Source of the DNA: Pseudomonadota bacterium
GTDB taxonomy: Bacteria > Pseudomonadota > Alphaproteobacteria > Rhodobacterales > Rhodobacteraceae
Assembly (NCBI GenBank): GCA_039027855.1
Contig: JBCCJI010000014.1
Location: 33,492 to 97,491, forward strand
Length of the DNA: 64,000 bases
Direction: 5' to 3'
Shown: one piece after another, positions 8,698 through 18,390 of the stretch
How positions within the stretch are numbered: position 1 is the stretch's first letter
How the letters are laid out: each line of letters begins with the position of its first letter
Translations under genes and position numbers: made by a program
Notes under the pieces: generated by a model
Database searches by the model: none
Seen by the model: the letters and a program-made list of their open reading frames with translations, nothing else
Told to the model about the DNA's origin: nothing

Positions 8698-11600
8698 TCA
8701 CTCCGCCGGCATGGTCTCCTCGCCGCGGCCCGTCAGGCGGCGGAGGGTGGCGCCGATCCAGCGGGCCAGCACGTAGAAGGTCGGCGTGAAGATCAAGCCG
8801 AAGACCAGCACCCCCAGCATGCCGTAGAACACCGTGGTGCCGAGCGAGATCCGCATCTCGGCCCCCGGCCCCGTCGCGATCAGCAGTGGCACGACACCCA
8901 GGATGAAGCTGAGCGAGGTCATCAGGATCGGCCGGAGCCGAAGGCGCGCGGCCTCGATGGCGGCGGCGACCCGGTCACGGCCCTCCGCCTCGGACTGGCG
9001 GGCGACCTCGACGATCAGGATCGCGTTCTTGGCCGCCAGACCGACGAGCACGACAAGACCCACCTGGGCGAGGATGTCGTTGGACAGGCCGCTCCAGATG
9101 ATGCCCTGCATCGCCGACAGGATGCACATCGGCACGATCAGGATGATCGCCAAGGGCAGCAGCCAGCTCTCGTATTGCGCGGCGAGCACCAGGAACACGC
9201 CGAGCACCGCGAGCGCGAAGATGAAGCCCGTGCCCCCTTCCGCCAGTTTCTCCTGCAGCGCGAGCTCGGTCCATTCATATTGCATGCCGGATGGCAGCGT
9301 GGCATCCGCCGTCGCCTCGATCCGCGCGATGGCCTCTCCGGTCGAGACACCGGGCATCTGCCCGCCCTGCACGGCGGCCGCGTTGAAGAGGTTGTAGCGG
9401 GCGACGCGGTACGGGCCGGTGTCGTCCCGGAACGTCGCGACAGAGCCGATGGGCGCCATCTCCCCCGATGACGAGCGCGTGCGCAGATTGGCGATGTCGC
9501 CGGGATCGTCGCGGAACTGCCCGTCGGCTTGCACCGTCACGCGGTAGGTCTGGCCGATGAAGTTGAAATCATTGACATAGGCCGAGCCGAGATACCCCTC
9601 CAGCGTCTCGTTCACCTGGGCCGCCGTCACGCCGATCATCTCGGATTTCACCCGGTCGATATCGGCAAAGATGCGCGGCGTCTTGGTGTTGAACAGGGTG
9701 AAGGCGCCGGCGATGCCCTCGGTCTGGTTGGCGGCGCCCGACATGGCGTTGGCCGCATCCTCCAGCGCCGCGAGCCCGCGCCCGTTGACATCCTGCACAT
9801 AGATCTTCCAGCCGCCGGTCGTGCTGACACCGCGCACCGGCGGCGGGGCGATCAGGAAGACGATGGCCTCGGGGATGGCGCCAAACAGCTGGCCCTGCAG
9901 TTCGCCCTGCACCCGCGACGCCGGGTAGCCGTTCTCCGCGCGCCAGGCGAAATCTTTCATCGGCACGAAGATCACCGCGCTGTCGGGTGCATTGGTGAAG
10001 GTCGCCCCGTTGAGGCCGACTATGGGCACGGTATTGGCGACCGCCGGGTGCTGCAGGATCACGTCCGAGGCCTTGCGCGCCACCGCATCGGTGCGCGATA
10101 GGGCCGAGCCCGGGGCAAGCTGCACGACCGTGATCAGATAGCCCTGGTCCTGATCGGGGATGAAGCCCGTGGGCGCTGCGTTAAAGCGGTCGACGGCCAG
10201 GAAGATCAGCCCGCCATAGATCACCATCATGACCACGCCCACGCGCAGGATCTGCCGGATCGCCCCGGCATAGGCCGCCTCGAGCCTGCCGAAGACGGCG
10301 TTGAAGCCCCGGCTGAACAAACGGACGGGATAGCCCACTGCCCCCATCACGCCGCCACTGCCGGTCTCGTCAGGCGCGCGCATCAGCAGTGCCGCGAGCG
10401 CTGGCGACAGCGTCAGCGAGACCAGTGTCGAGATCGCGGTGGAGGCCGCGATGGTCAGGGCGAACTGCTCGAAGAACTGCCCGGTGATGCCGGTGACGCT
10501 GGCCACCGGCACGAAGACCGCCAGCATCACGAGAGAGGTGGCGATGAGCGCGCCCGCGACCTCGGTCATCGTCAGGCGCACGGCGTCGCGCGGGGCCATG
10601 CCCTCGCGAAGGTGCCGCTCGGTGTTCTCGACGACGACGATGGCGTCATCGACCACGATGCCGATGGCGAGCACCAGCCCGAAGAGCGAGAGCTGATTGA
10701 GCGAGAAGCCCAGCATCGCCATCGCGGCGAAGGTGCCGACGAGACTGACCGGGATGGCGATCACCGGCACCAGCGCGGTGCGCCAGGACTGCAGGAAGAT
10801 CAGGATCACGAGCGCCACCAGCACGGCGGCCTGCAACAGCGTGAGGTAGACCTCGTCGATGGAGGCCGCCACGAACTCGGTCGGGTTGTACACGATGGTG
10901 TATTCGAGCCCGGCTGGGAAATCGGCGGCCAGTTCGTCCATCAAGGCGATGATCTCGGCCGCGGTGTCGAGCGCGTTGGACCCCGGGCGCTGGAACACGC
11001 CGATGGGCAGCGCCGTCGTGCTGTCGAGATAGCCGTTGATCGCATAGGACTGCGAACCAAGCTCGACCCGGCCGATATCGCCGACCCTGATCGTCCCGCC
11101 CTGATCGTCGGTGGCGACCACGACGCTGGCAAAAGCCTCGGGGGCGACCAGCCGGCCGGCCGTGGTGACCTGCAGCTCATAGGCAGCCTGCTCGGCCACC
11201 GGCAGGCGGTTGATCACGCCGGAGGCAACCTCGGCGTTGTTCGCCTGGAGCGCGGCGACCACGTCGCCCACGGTCAGTCCGCGTGACGCCACACGTTGCG
11301 GATCGAGCCAGACGCGCATCGAATAGGCGCGCTCGGCAAAGACGGTCGCGGTGCCGACACCGTCGATACGGCGCAGACGGTCCACCACCTGCACATTGGC
11401 ATAGTTCGAGATGTAGAGCTGATCGCGCGACGCGTCGGGCGAGAACATGTGCACGACCATCATCAGATCGGGCGAGGATTTCTCCGTCGTAACACCCTGG
11501 CGGCGCACGCTTTCGGGCAGGCGCGGGTCGGCGGCGGCAACGCGGTTCTGCACCAGCACCTGCGCCTGGTCGATATCGGTGCCGAGATCGAAGGTCACCG

Positions 11601-11880
11601 ACAGGCTGTAAGAGCCATCGCCGGTCGATTGCGAGGCCATATAGAGCATGCCCTCGACGCCGTTGATCTCCTCCTCGATCACGGCCCCCACGGTTTGTGC
11701 CACCGTCTCGGCCGAGGCGCCCGGGAAACTGGCGGTGACCGAGACCGAGGGCGGCGCGATCTCGGGATACTGCGTCACGGGCAGGTTGACGTAGGCGAGC
11801 CCGCCCGAGAGCAGCAGCAGGAGCGAGACGACCGTCGCGAAGATCGGGCGGTCGATGAAGAAATGGCTGAAGCGTCCCAT
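8698..11880 (-). CDS. RND efflux permease (HAE1, AcrB/BepE-like)
   Basis: FIDRPIFA, QYPEIAPP, LAIGIVVDDAIVVVEN, GLAAKNAILIVE, RLRPILMTS. Confidence 0.95.
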   Translation of the reverse strand: MGRFSHFFIDRPIFATVVSLLLLLSGGLAYVNLPVTQYPEIAPPSVSVTASFPGASAETVAQTVGAVIEEEINGVEGMLYMASQSTGDGSYSLSVTFDLGTDIDQAQVLVQNRVAAADPRLPESVRRQGVTTEKSSPDLMMVVHMFSPDASRDQLYISNYANVQVVDRLRRIDGVGTATVFAERAYSMRVWLDPQRVASRGLTVGDVVAALQANNAEVASGVINRLPVAEQAAYELQVTTAGRLVAPEAFASVVVATDDQGGTIRVGDIGRVELGSQSYAINGYLDSTTALPIGVFQRPGSNALDTAAEIIALMDELAADFPAGLEYTIVYNPTEFVAASIDEVYLTLLQAAVLVALVILIFLQSWRTALVPVIAIPVSLVGTFAAMAMLGFSLNQLSLFGLVLAIGIVVDDAIVVVENTERHLREGMAPRDAVRLTMTEVAGALIATSLVMLAVFVPVASVTGITGQFFEQFALTIAASTAISTLVSLTLSPALAALLMRAPDETGSGGVMGAVGYPVRLFSRGFNAVFGRLEAAYAGAIRQILRVGVVMMVIYGGLIFLAVDRFNAAPTGFIPDQDQGYLITVVQLAPGSALSRTDAVARKASDVILQHPAVANTVPIVGLNGATFTNAPDSAVIFVPMKDFAWRAENGYPASRVQGELQGQLFGAIPEAIVFLIAPPPVRGVSTTGGWKIYVQDVNGRGLAALEDAANAMSGAANQTEGIAGAFTLFNTKTPRIFADIDRVKSEMIGVTAAQVNETLEGYLGSAYVNDFNFIGQTYRVTVQADGQFRDDPGDIANLRTRSSSGEMAPIGSVATFRDDTGPYRVARYNLFNAAAVQGGQMPGVSTGEAIARIEATADATLPSGMQYEWTELALQEKLAEGGTGFIFALAVLGVFLVLAAQYESWLLPLAIILIVPMCILSAMQGIIWSGLSNDILAQVGLVVLVGLAAKNAILIVEVARQSEAEGRDRVAAAIEAARLRLRPILMTSLSFILGVVPLLIATGPGAEMRISLGTTVFYGMLGVLVFGLIFTPTFYVLARWIGATLRRLTGRGEETMPAE

Positions 11881-11883
11881 GGA

Positions 11884-13083
11884 TCAGTTGCCACCCATGT
11901 CGCCGGCCCGACTGTCGTCGCGAAACTCCAGCGTGATCTCCTCGGGCGTGACGCCGGCGCCGGGGCGCGCGCGCAGGACGCCGGTGACGATCACCTTCAT
12001 GTCGGCACTCAGCGGGCCACCCGTGACGGCGCGGAGGCCCCGGTGCAGCGGGCCGAGAATCACGGGCATGGGCTGGACGATCCCCTCGGCATTGACCGTC
12101 ATCACGATCTTGGTCGCCTGATCGGAAAGGATCGCCTCGTCTGGCACGAGCAACGCCTCGAACGGGCCCGACCCTTCCAGCCGGATCCGGCCGAACAGGC
12201 CCGGCACCAGGATATCGGGCGGATCCTCAACCACCGCCCGCACCTGGATCGTGCCGGAATTCGGGTTGAGCCTGTTGTCGACGAAATCCAGATAGGCATC
12301 GTTGGGGAAGCCCTCCTCATCCTGCACCTGGATCGCGGCGGCCATGCGCGCGCCGCTTCGAGACGGGCGCTGTTCGATCGGGATCATGCGGGCGTAGCGG
12401 AGGAAATCCGCCTCGGAGGCGGTGAACTCGAAGTCGATGGGCGAGATCCGCACCAGCGTCGCCAGCAGGGTGGTCCCTGAGGTGCCACCGACGACCAGGT
12501 TGCCGACATCGATGGTGCCGGCGGAGATCCGCCCATCGAAGGGCGCGGTGATCGTCGTGTAGTCGAGATCGAGCTGGGCCGAGATCAGTTCGGCATTGGC
12601 GACCTGAACCTCGGCATCGGCCTGGGTCAGGGATGCGCGCGTGCGATCGACCTCCTGCACCGTGCCGACATTGCGCTCGGCCAATTGCAGGGCCCGGTCG
12701 AGCTCGATCTGCGCCAGCTCTCGCCCCGCCTCGGCCGAGGCAACGGCGGCGCGGGCACTTGCCACCGCGTTCACGAAAGGCCGCTGGTCGATGACGAAAA
12801 GCACGTCGCCTTCGCTGACCAGGGCACCGTCCTCGAAGCGCTGTTCGTAGAGATAGCCCGAGACACGGGCGCGCAGCTCGACGCTGTCGGCCGCCACAAA
12901 GCGGCCGGTGAAGATGTCGTAGTCGATCACCTGATCCTTGAGCGGTGTCGCAACCTGAACCGGCGGGTTGGGCGGCATCTGCGCATGGGCCGTTCCGGAC
13001 ACGGCCAGCGCCGCGATCGGCACCGCGAGCAGGGTCTGGAGAACGATGGCGCAGCGGGGAAAGACGCGATGGAGCGCGGGCAT
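11884..13083 (-). CDS. RND periplasmic adaptor (membrane fusion protein)
   Basis: VELRARVSGYL, LFVIDQRPF, LDYTTITAPFDGRIS, PGLFGRIRL; 3 nt before the permease. Confidence 0.93.
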   Translation of the reverse strand: MPALHRVFPRCAIVLQTLLAVPIAALAVSGTAHAQMPPNPPVQVATPLKDQVIDYDIFTGRFVAADSVELRARVSGYLYEQRFEDGALVSEGDVLFVIDQRPFVNAVASARAAVASAEAGRELAQIELDRALQLAERNVGTVQEVDRTRASLTQADAEVQVANAELISAQLDLDYTTITAPFDGRISAGTIDVGNLVVGGTSGTTLLATLVRISPIDFEFTASEADFLRYARMIPIEQRPSRSGARMAAAIQVQDEEGFPNDAYLDFVDNRLNPNSGTIQVRAVVEDPPDILVPGLFGRIRLEGSGPFEALLVPDEAILSDQATKIVMTVNAEGIVQPMPVILGPLHRGLRAVTGGPLSADMKVIVTGVLRARPGAGVTPEEITLEFRDDSRAGDMGGN

Positions 13084-13260
13084 TCGGCGGGACCTTATCT
13101 GACGCCGCGTGACGGAAATGGTCCGCGGCAAACGGTACGCGACCATATCATTTCAGCCGGCCAGCACAGGCCGGAGGGCGCCGTCAGTCTGCCATTGAAA
13201 CGCTACCGAGGCCGCGCCCGACATTGCCGCAGGGTCGAACTCACCTGTCCGCCTCCCGTC

Positions 13261-16200
13261 TCAAAAGTCCTTGCGCCAGTTGAGGCCCACTGATGGGCCG
13301 GTGGTCCCGCCGACCTCGCCATCGACCGTGAAATCGCTGAACACGTCGATCTCGACCTGCACCTTGGTCTCGCCACCGTCGATGGGCTGTTCGGCGCCGA
13401 CAAAGACGCCTTCTGACACGTTGCGCCCGACCACAACGGCCGTCGAGCCGCCCTCGGTGGTCTCCACGCGCAGGACGTCGAGGCCCACGGCACCGCGGAT
13501 CTGATCTGCCGTGCCGCCAGTCCCGTCCAGCAGCGTCGCCACCGCCGAGGCAAGTTGGAGCGCCTCCAGCCCCGACAGCGACTGCGCGGAACGGCCAAAC
13601 AGCACGCGCGGCAGCACCTCGTCCTCGGGCAGGGCCGGATCGCTCTCGAAAAGGATCTCGGGGCTCGAGCCGGTGCCGCGCACGCGGATGAAGCCGGTAA
13701 TGCCCTGGTTCTCGTGGCTTAGGCTGACATCGAGACGCGGGTCGATCACCCGCCCGCCTGAGAAGACCACTTCGCTCGGCTCCAGCGCGAAGAACTTGCC
13801 GAGAAGGTCGAGCTCGCCGCGCCGGCTCTCGACCGCGCCGGTGATGCGCGGCGCCGCGGCGGTGCCGGCGATGTCGAGATTGATCGCCCATTCGCTGTTG
13901 AGACCGCGGCCGCGCACGAACACGTCCTGCGGTGCGCGGATGGCGAGGTCTAGGGTGATGTCACCACCGGCGCCGCCATCACCCTCCTCGACCTCCTCGC
14001 CCTTGAAGCGGATCTCGCCGAGATCGGCGACCGAGGGGGGCACGGCGTTGACCAACCGAACCTCGGCCCGGTCGATGCGCAGTTCACCCGACAGATCGAG
14101 CGCGGTGAGCGGCCCCGCGGCCGCGATATCGGCGCTGATCTGGGCGGTCACGTCATCGCGGCGCACCAGCACCGCGTCGTCGATATCGACCTTTGCGTCG
14201 AGTTCGGGGCCAGCGAGCGCGATGGTCGCCGCGAGCTTGCCCGAGGCACCGTCATTGGCACTGACATCGAGCGCGACGTTCTCCGTCCCCTCCAGCCGGC
14301 TGGTCACGGTCAGGTCGGTCAGGATCGTCCCGGTTTCGAGGTTCTGGTACTGCCCGCGCGCCACGCCGAGATCGCCGCTGATGGTGGGCGCTGCGGGGGT
14401 GCCACCGATGCGGAGTGCGACGTCCACATCGCCGTCCAGCACATGGTCGGGGGCGGGAACCAGTACCCATAGGCGCCCGATCTGGCCCTGCCAGTCGACG
14501 CTGGCCGAAAGTGGCCCGTTCTCGTTCAGCGCCGGTGCGGGGCCCGAAGTGGCGACCAGCGGCACGGCCGCTTCGACGCGCACGGGGTCGCCGAACGGCC
14601 CTGACAGCGCCACGGTGCTGGCGAGGCTGCGGCCATCCCACCGGCCGTCGAGATCGAGACCGACGCCCGAGATGGTCCCGAGGTCCTGCGAGGTCGCGAT
14701 GTCGCGTGCCGTGCCGGTGAGCGTGGCGCTGGCACGCCCGCGCCGGGTATCGAACCGGGTGTCGAGATCGACGGTCCCGGCAGTGATCGGGATCGCCTCG
14801 ACAAGGCTGCGGAGCTGCCCGAGATCGCCAAAATCGAGGGCAATCGCGCCGCCGGCACCGTTGGGATAAAGCGCGACATCACCGGTCAACGCGCCGCCCG
14901 GCAGGCGCAGATCGAGCCCGCTGAGATCGGTCGCCGTGCCCTGCTGGCGGATACGCAGCGGCTGTCCGAGCGCAATCTCGGCCTCGTCGAGGCCGACGGT
15001 CAGCTCGGACACACGGGCATCGAGGGGCCCGTCGACATCCGCCTCGGCCCGCAGGCGCGCGGCCAGCGCCTTGCCGAGCGCCTCGCCCGTTGCGTCAAGC
15101 GCCAGGGCAAGGCGCGAGAGCGGGCCGCGAGCGGTCAGCACCGGATCGGCGATGGCGATGTCGCCGGCCTCGATTGCCGCGATGTCGATGCGGGTATCGA
15201 GGCTGGGTGTGCCGAGCGCATCGGCGATCCGGGCGGTGAGCCTGATGTTGTCGACGCGCGCGCCCTCGGCGGCGACCGAGGGCACAGCGGCGCGGGCGTC
15301 GACATCGGTGCGCCCTGCCCGGTCGGTCAGCGTGGCGTCGAGCCGCGCCTCGCCGATCTGCGCGCCGCCCGCGGCCAGGCCCGCCATGCGCAGCGCCACG
15401 GTGCCCGCCGGCGTGTTGAGCGCGGACATATCGGCATCGACCGTGACGCGACTGGCCGAGGCCGCGCCGGCAAGATCGGTGGCCGTGATGCGCGCCGTCG
15501 CCCGGCCGGTGCCGGTCAGGTCGGAGGCGTCGGCCTCGATCTCCACGCGGGCGATGCGGTTGCCGGCGGCCTCCATGCCCTGGATCGCGGCGGTTGCCTG
15601 GACCGCCGGCGCCGAGGTGAGGGTGGCGAGCGTGGCATCGGCTTCGATGCGGCTCACGGCGGCGTCTGCCGCGGGTGCGGCGAGACCCTCGATCAAGGCT
15701 TTCACGGTGCCGCCCGGGTCTCCGGCGAGGTCGGCCATGTCGAAATCGACCGTGGCGCGGTCGAGCGCGGCGTCCGGTCCGTCGAGGTCGATCACGCGCA
15801 GCTGTCCCTCGGCCGCCGCAGCGCCGGTTAGATCGACCAGCGTCGCCTCGGCCTCGACCCGATCGAGCGCGTAGCCCATGGCCGCGATATCCTCGATGCG
15901 AGCCGTCACGGGGCCCGCAGGCGCGGTGTCGAGATCCGCCATGCGCGCGGTCACCCGCGCACGTCGCACCGTCGCCCCCCCCTCGACCGCGGGCGAGGCA
16001 ATGCCCGAGATCACGAGCTCCGCATCGGCGCTCGGCGCCTTGTCGAGGCTCTTGACGCTGAGCAGCCCCTCGACCGTGTCGATCGCGACAAGACCGGGGG
16101 ACGAGATCCGCGCCAGATCGAGGTCGAGATCGACGCTGCCGCGGCGGGTCAGGCTGACGAGCGTGGCGTCGAGCGTACCGGTACCGACCCGCCCTTGGGG

Positions 16201-18390
16201 ATGACGGGCATCACCGAGCGTGATCGTCAGATCGCCGCCGGGATCGCCCAAGAGATCGGTCATGCGCCCCTCGATGCCAAGCGCCGCCACCGTTGCCTCG
16301 AACCCCGCGAAGTCGCGGAACGAGAGGTCGATATCGGCCACCTGCTGGCGCTCGGTCGTCCCGAAGGCCTGCTCCACGGTCTCGGTCGAGAGCGTGACGG
16401 TCCCGCTGCCCTGCCCCTGAAGCTCAAGCCCGGTCGCCGCCTCGGCCCGCGCCAGTGATGGGATGTCCAGCGTGATCTCCCCGGCCATCAGCGTGCTGGA
16501 CAGGTCGAGATCGATGGCACCTGCGATGGTCGCATCGAGCGCCGCGAGCGTCATTTCGGTGAGTTCAAGGGTATCGGGCTGCAGCGCGAAGGCGGTCGAG
16601 ATCCGCGCCGGGCCAAAGCGCGACCCCTCGGCAGTCAATGCGATATCGCCCTCGGGCACCGTGCCGAACGTGGCGTCATGGGCGAGCGCGACGGCGCCAT
16701 AGGCCTCGTCCTCAAAGGTGAGGTCGGTCAGCGCGATCTCACCGGCGAGGCGCGGCGCGGCCTGTTCGCCGACCAGCCGGCCCTCCATCACAAACGCACC
16801 CTCGGCATTGGCGTCATAGGCGGTCGCGAGGGGGGCCAAGCGCGGCGCCGACGCACGGTAGCGGAAATCGAGCGTCCCCGCGCCGCTGTCAGCCACACCC
16901 TCGGCCTCGACCGTCAGGGGGCGGGTCTCCAGCCGGAAGGTCGAGAGGCGGAGGACATCGCCCTCCAGCCGGCCGCGCGCGGCGAGCAGAGCATCGCCGA
17001 GGATGCGCGGCGTCAGCCGGTCGAGGCGCAGGCCCGCGATATTGCCGTCAAGCGCAAAGACCGAGGCGGCTTCCTCGGCCGACAGGCTGGCGGTCACCTG
17101 TGCCGCCCCGATATCCAGCGAGGCGCTGGTAAGCCCCGCGATATCGAGATTGCCCTCGCCCACGGGCAGATCGGCGGTGCCGCCAAGCTGGCCCTCGAAG
17201 CTCAGCCGTTCGAAGGCCAGCGCCGCATCCTCCTGCAGCACGCCGGGATCGGCATTCAGACTGACGGCGAGATCGAGCGGGCCGGCGCGGTCGACAAACC
17301 CGGTGGCGCTGGCCTGCAGGGCGGGGCTCTGCAGGGCACCGCGCTCCACGCGGATGATGCCGTCATCACCCTCGACCACCGCCAGAGCCAGCGTCGCCTG
17401 CGTACCAAGCAGCCGCGCGATACCGGGATCGAAGTCCGGGCCGGGAGAGACCGCCAGATCAGCGGTGACCCCCAGCGGCTGGCCGAGGCCAATGCGGGCG
17501 CCACCCTCCACCGAGATCACATCGTCCGAGGAGACGGAGAGATCGACATCCCAATCGGTTAGCGGACCGTTCGCGGTGATCAGTGCCCGGCTGGCGCCGT
17601 CATTGGGCAAGCCCGCAAGCTCGGCAACCAACCCGCCCGCCGCCTCGTCGGCCTCAAGCCGAAAATCGAGCACCCCGTCATCGAAGGTATGGCGATAATC
17701 GACAAGGATCCGCCCCGACACGCCGTCGGTCCGCGTGACTTCGAGCTTAAGAGCCTGCACATCGCCCTCGTCGCGCGCATTACCAAGCGCATCAAAGCTG
17801 AAGCCCTGCTGAGCGACGGCACCGGGCGCAATTGTCACCCGGTCGAGGCGCATCTCGTCCACGATCACCGTCAGCGGCGCGCGCGGCCACTCGAACAGGC
17901 CGCCGTCTTCCCCGTCTTCCTCGTCGTCGCTCGCGATCTCGGCATCGTCCTTGATCTCGACCGAGGCACTGGGCGCGCGCAGATACTCCACTTCCTCGGC
18001 TGCGAGGCTGTTGATCTGGACCGTGCCGCTCAGAATGCCGCCGGCACTCCAGTCCAGCGAGGTGCGCCCGATCCTCAGCCAGACGCCGTCGGCATCGGCG
18101 ATGGTCAGGCCCACGATGGCGGTCGAGCCGTCATCGGGCTGCTCGACCCCTTCGGCCTCGATCTCGAATTCGCCGGGCACGCTGATCTGGTCGAGGACGA
18201 AGTCGACGAGGTTGTTCTGCAGACCGAGGAAGGAGAATTGTGCCGCAGCCGGCGGGATCGCGAAGGCAAGCGGCAGGCCGATCAGGGCCACAAGGCCGAG
18301 GCGGGAGCGCAGGACGGGGCGCCGTTCAGGGCGGAGACGGGGAAGGGCGCGAACAGGGCGTGTCGGGGTCATGCGGGTTCTCTCGCGCAT
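13261..18390 (-). CDS. tamB: Translocation and assembly module TamB (DUF490)
   Basis: 1709 aa with beta-taco-type repeats; C-terminal FVRGRGLNSEW, LPEDEVLPRVLFG, GLNWRKDF; coupled to tamA. Confidence 0.88.
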   Translation of the reverse strand: MRERTRMTPTRPVRALPRLRPERRPVLRSRLGLVALIGLPLAFAIPPAAAQFSFLGLQNNLVDFVLDQISVPGEFEIEAEGVEQPDDGSTAIVGLTIADADGVWLRIGRTSLDWSAGGILSGTVQINSLAAEEVEYLRAPSASVEIKDDAEIASDDEEDGEDGGLFEWPRAPLTVIVDEMRLDRVTIAPGAVAQQGFSFDALGNARDEGDVQALKLEVTRTDGVSGRILVDYRHTFDDGVLDFRLEADEAAGGLVAELAGLPNDGASRALITANGPLTDWDVDLSVSSDDVISVEGGARIGLGQPLGVTADLAVSPGPDFDPGIARLLGTQATLALAVVEGDDGIIRVERGALQSPALQASATGFVDRAGPLDLAVSLNADPGVLQEDAALAFERLSFEGQLGGTADLPVGEGNLDIAGLTSASLDIGAAQVTASLSAEEAASVFALDGNIAGLRLDRLTPRILGDALLAARGRLEGDVLRLSTFRLETRPLTVEAEGVADSGAGTLDFRYRASAPRLAPLATAYDANAEGAFVMEGRLVGEQAAPRLAGEIALTDLTFEDEAYGAVALAHDATFGTVPEGDIALTAEGSRFGPARISTAFALQPDTLELTEMTLAALDATIAGAIDLDLSSTLMAGEITLDIPSLARAEAATGLELQGQGSGTVTLSTETVEQAFGTTERQQVADIDLSFRDFAGFEATVAALGIEGRMTDLLGDPGGDLTITLGDARHPQGRVGTGTLDATLVSLTRRGSVDLDLDLARISSPGLVAIDTVEGLLSVKSLDKAPSADAELVISGIASPAVEGGATVRRARVTARMADLDTAPAGPVTARIEDIAAMGYALDRVEAEATLVDLTGAAAAEGQLRVIDLDGPDAALDRATVDFDMADLAGDPGGTVKALIEGLAAPAADAAVSRIEADATLATLTSAPAVQATAAIQGMEAAGNRIARVEIEADASDLTGTGRATARITATDLAGAASASRVTVDADMSALNTPAGTVALRMAGLAAGGAQIGEARLDATLTDRAGRTDVDARAAVPSVAAEGARVDNIRLTARIADALGTPSLDTRIDIAAIEAGDIAIADPVLTARGPLSRLALALDATGEALGKALAARLRAEADVDGPLDARVSELTVGLDEAEIALGQPLRIRQQGTATDLSGLDLRLPGGALTGDVALYPNGAGGAIALDFGDLGQLRSLVEAIPITAGTVDLDTRFDTRRGRASATLTGTARDIATSQDLGTISGVGLDLDGRWDGRSLASTVALSGPFGDPVRVEAAVPLVATSGPAPALNENGPLSASVDWQGQIGRLWVLVPAPDHVLDGDVDVALRIGGTPAAPTISGDLGVARGQYQNLETGTILTDLTVTSRLEGTENVALDVSANDGASGKLAATIALAGPELDAKVDIDDAVLVRRDDVTAQISADIAAAGPLTALDLSGELRIDRAEVRLVNAVPPSVADLGEIRFKGEEVEEGDGGAGGDITLDLAIRAPQDVFVRGRGLNSEWAINLDIAGTAAAPRITGAVESRRGELDLLGKFFALEPSEVVFSGGRVIDPRLDVSLSHENQGITGFIRVRGTGSSPEILFESDPALPEDEVLPRVLFGRSAQSLSGLEALQLASAVATLLDGTGGTADQIRGAVGLDVLRVETTEGGSTAVVVGRNVSEGVFVGAEQPIDGGETKVQVEIDVFSDFTVDGEVGGTTGPSVGLNWRKDF

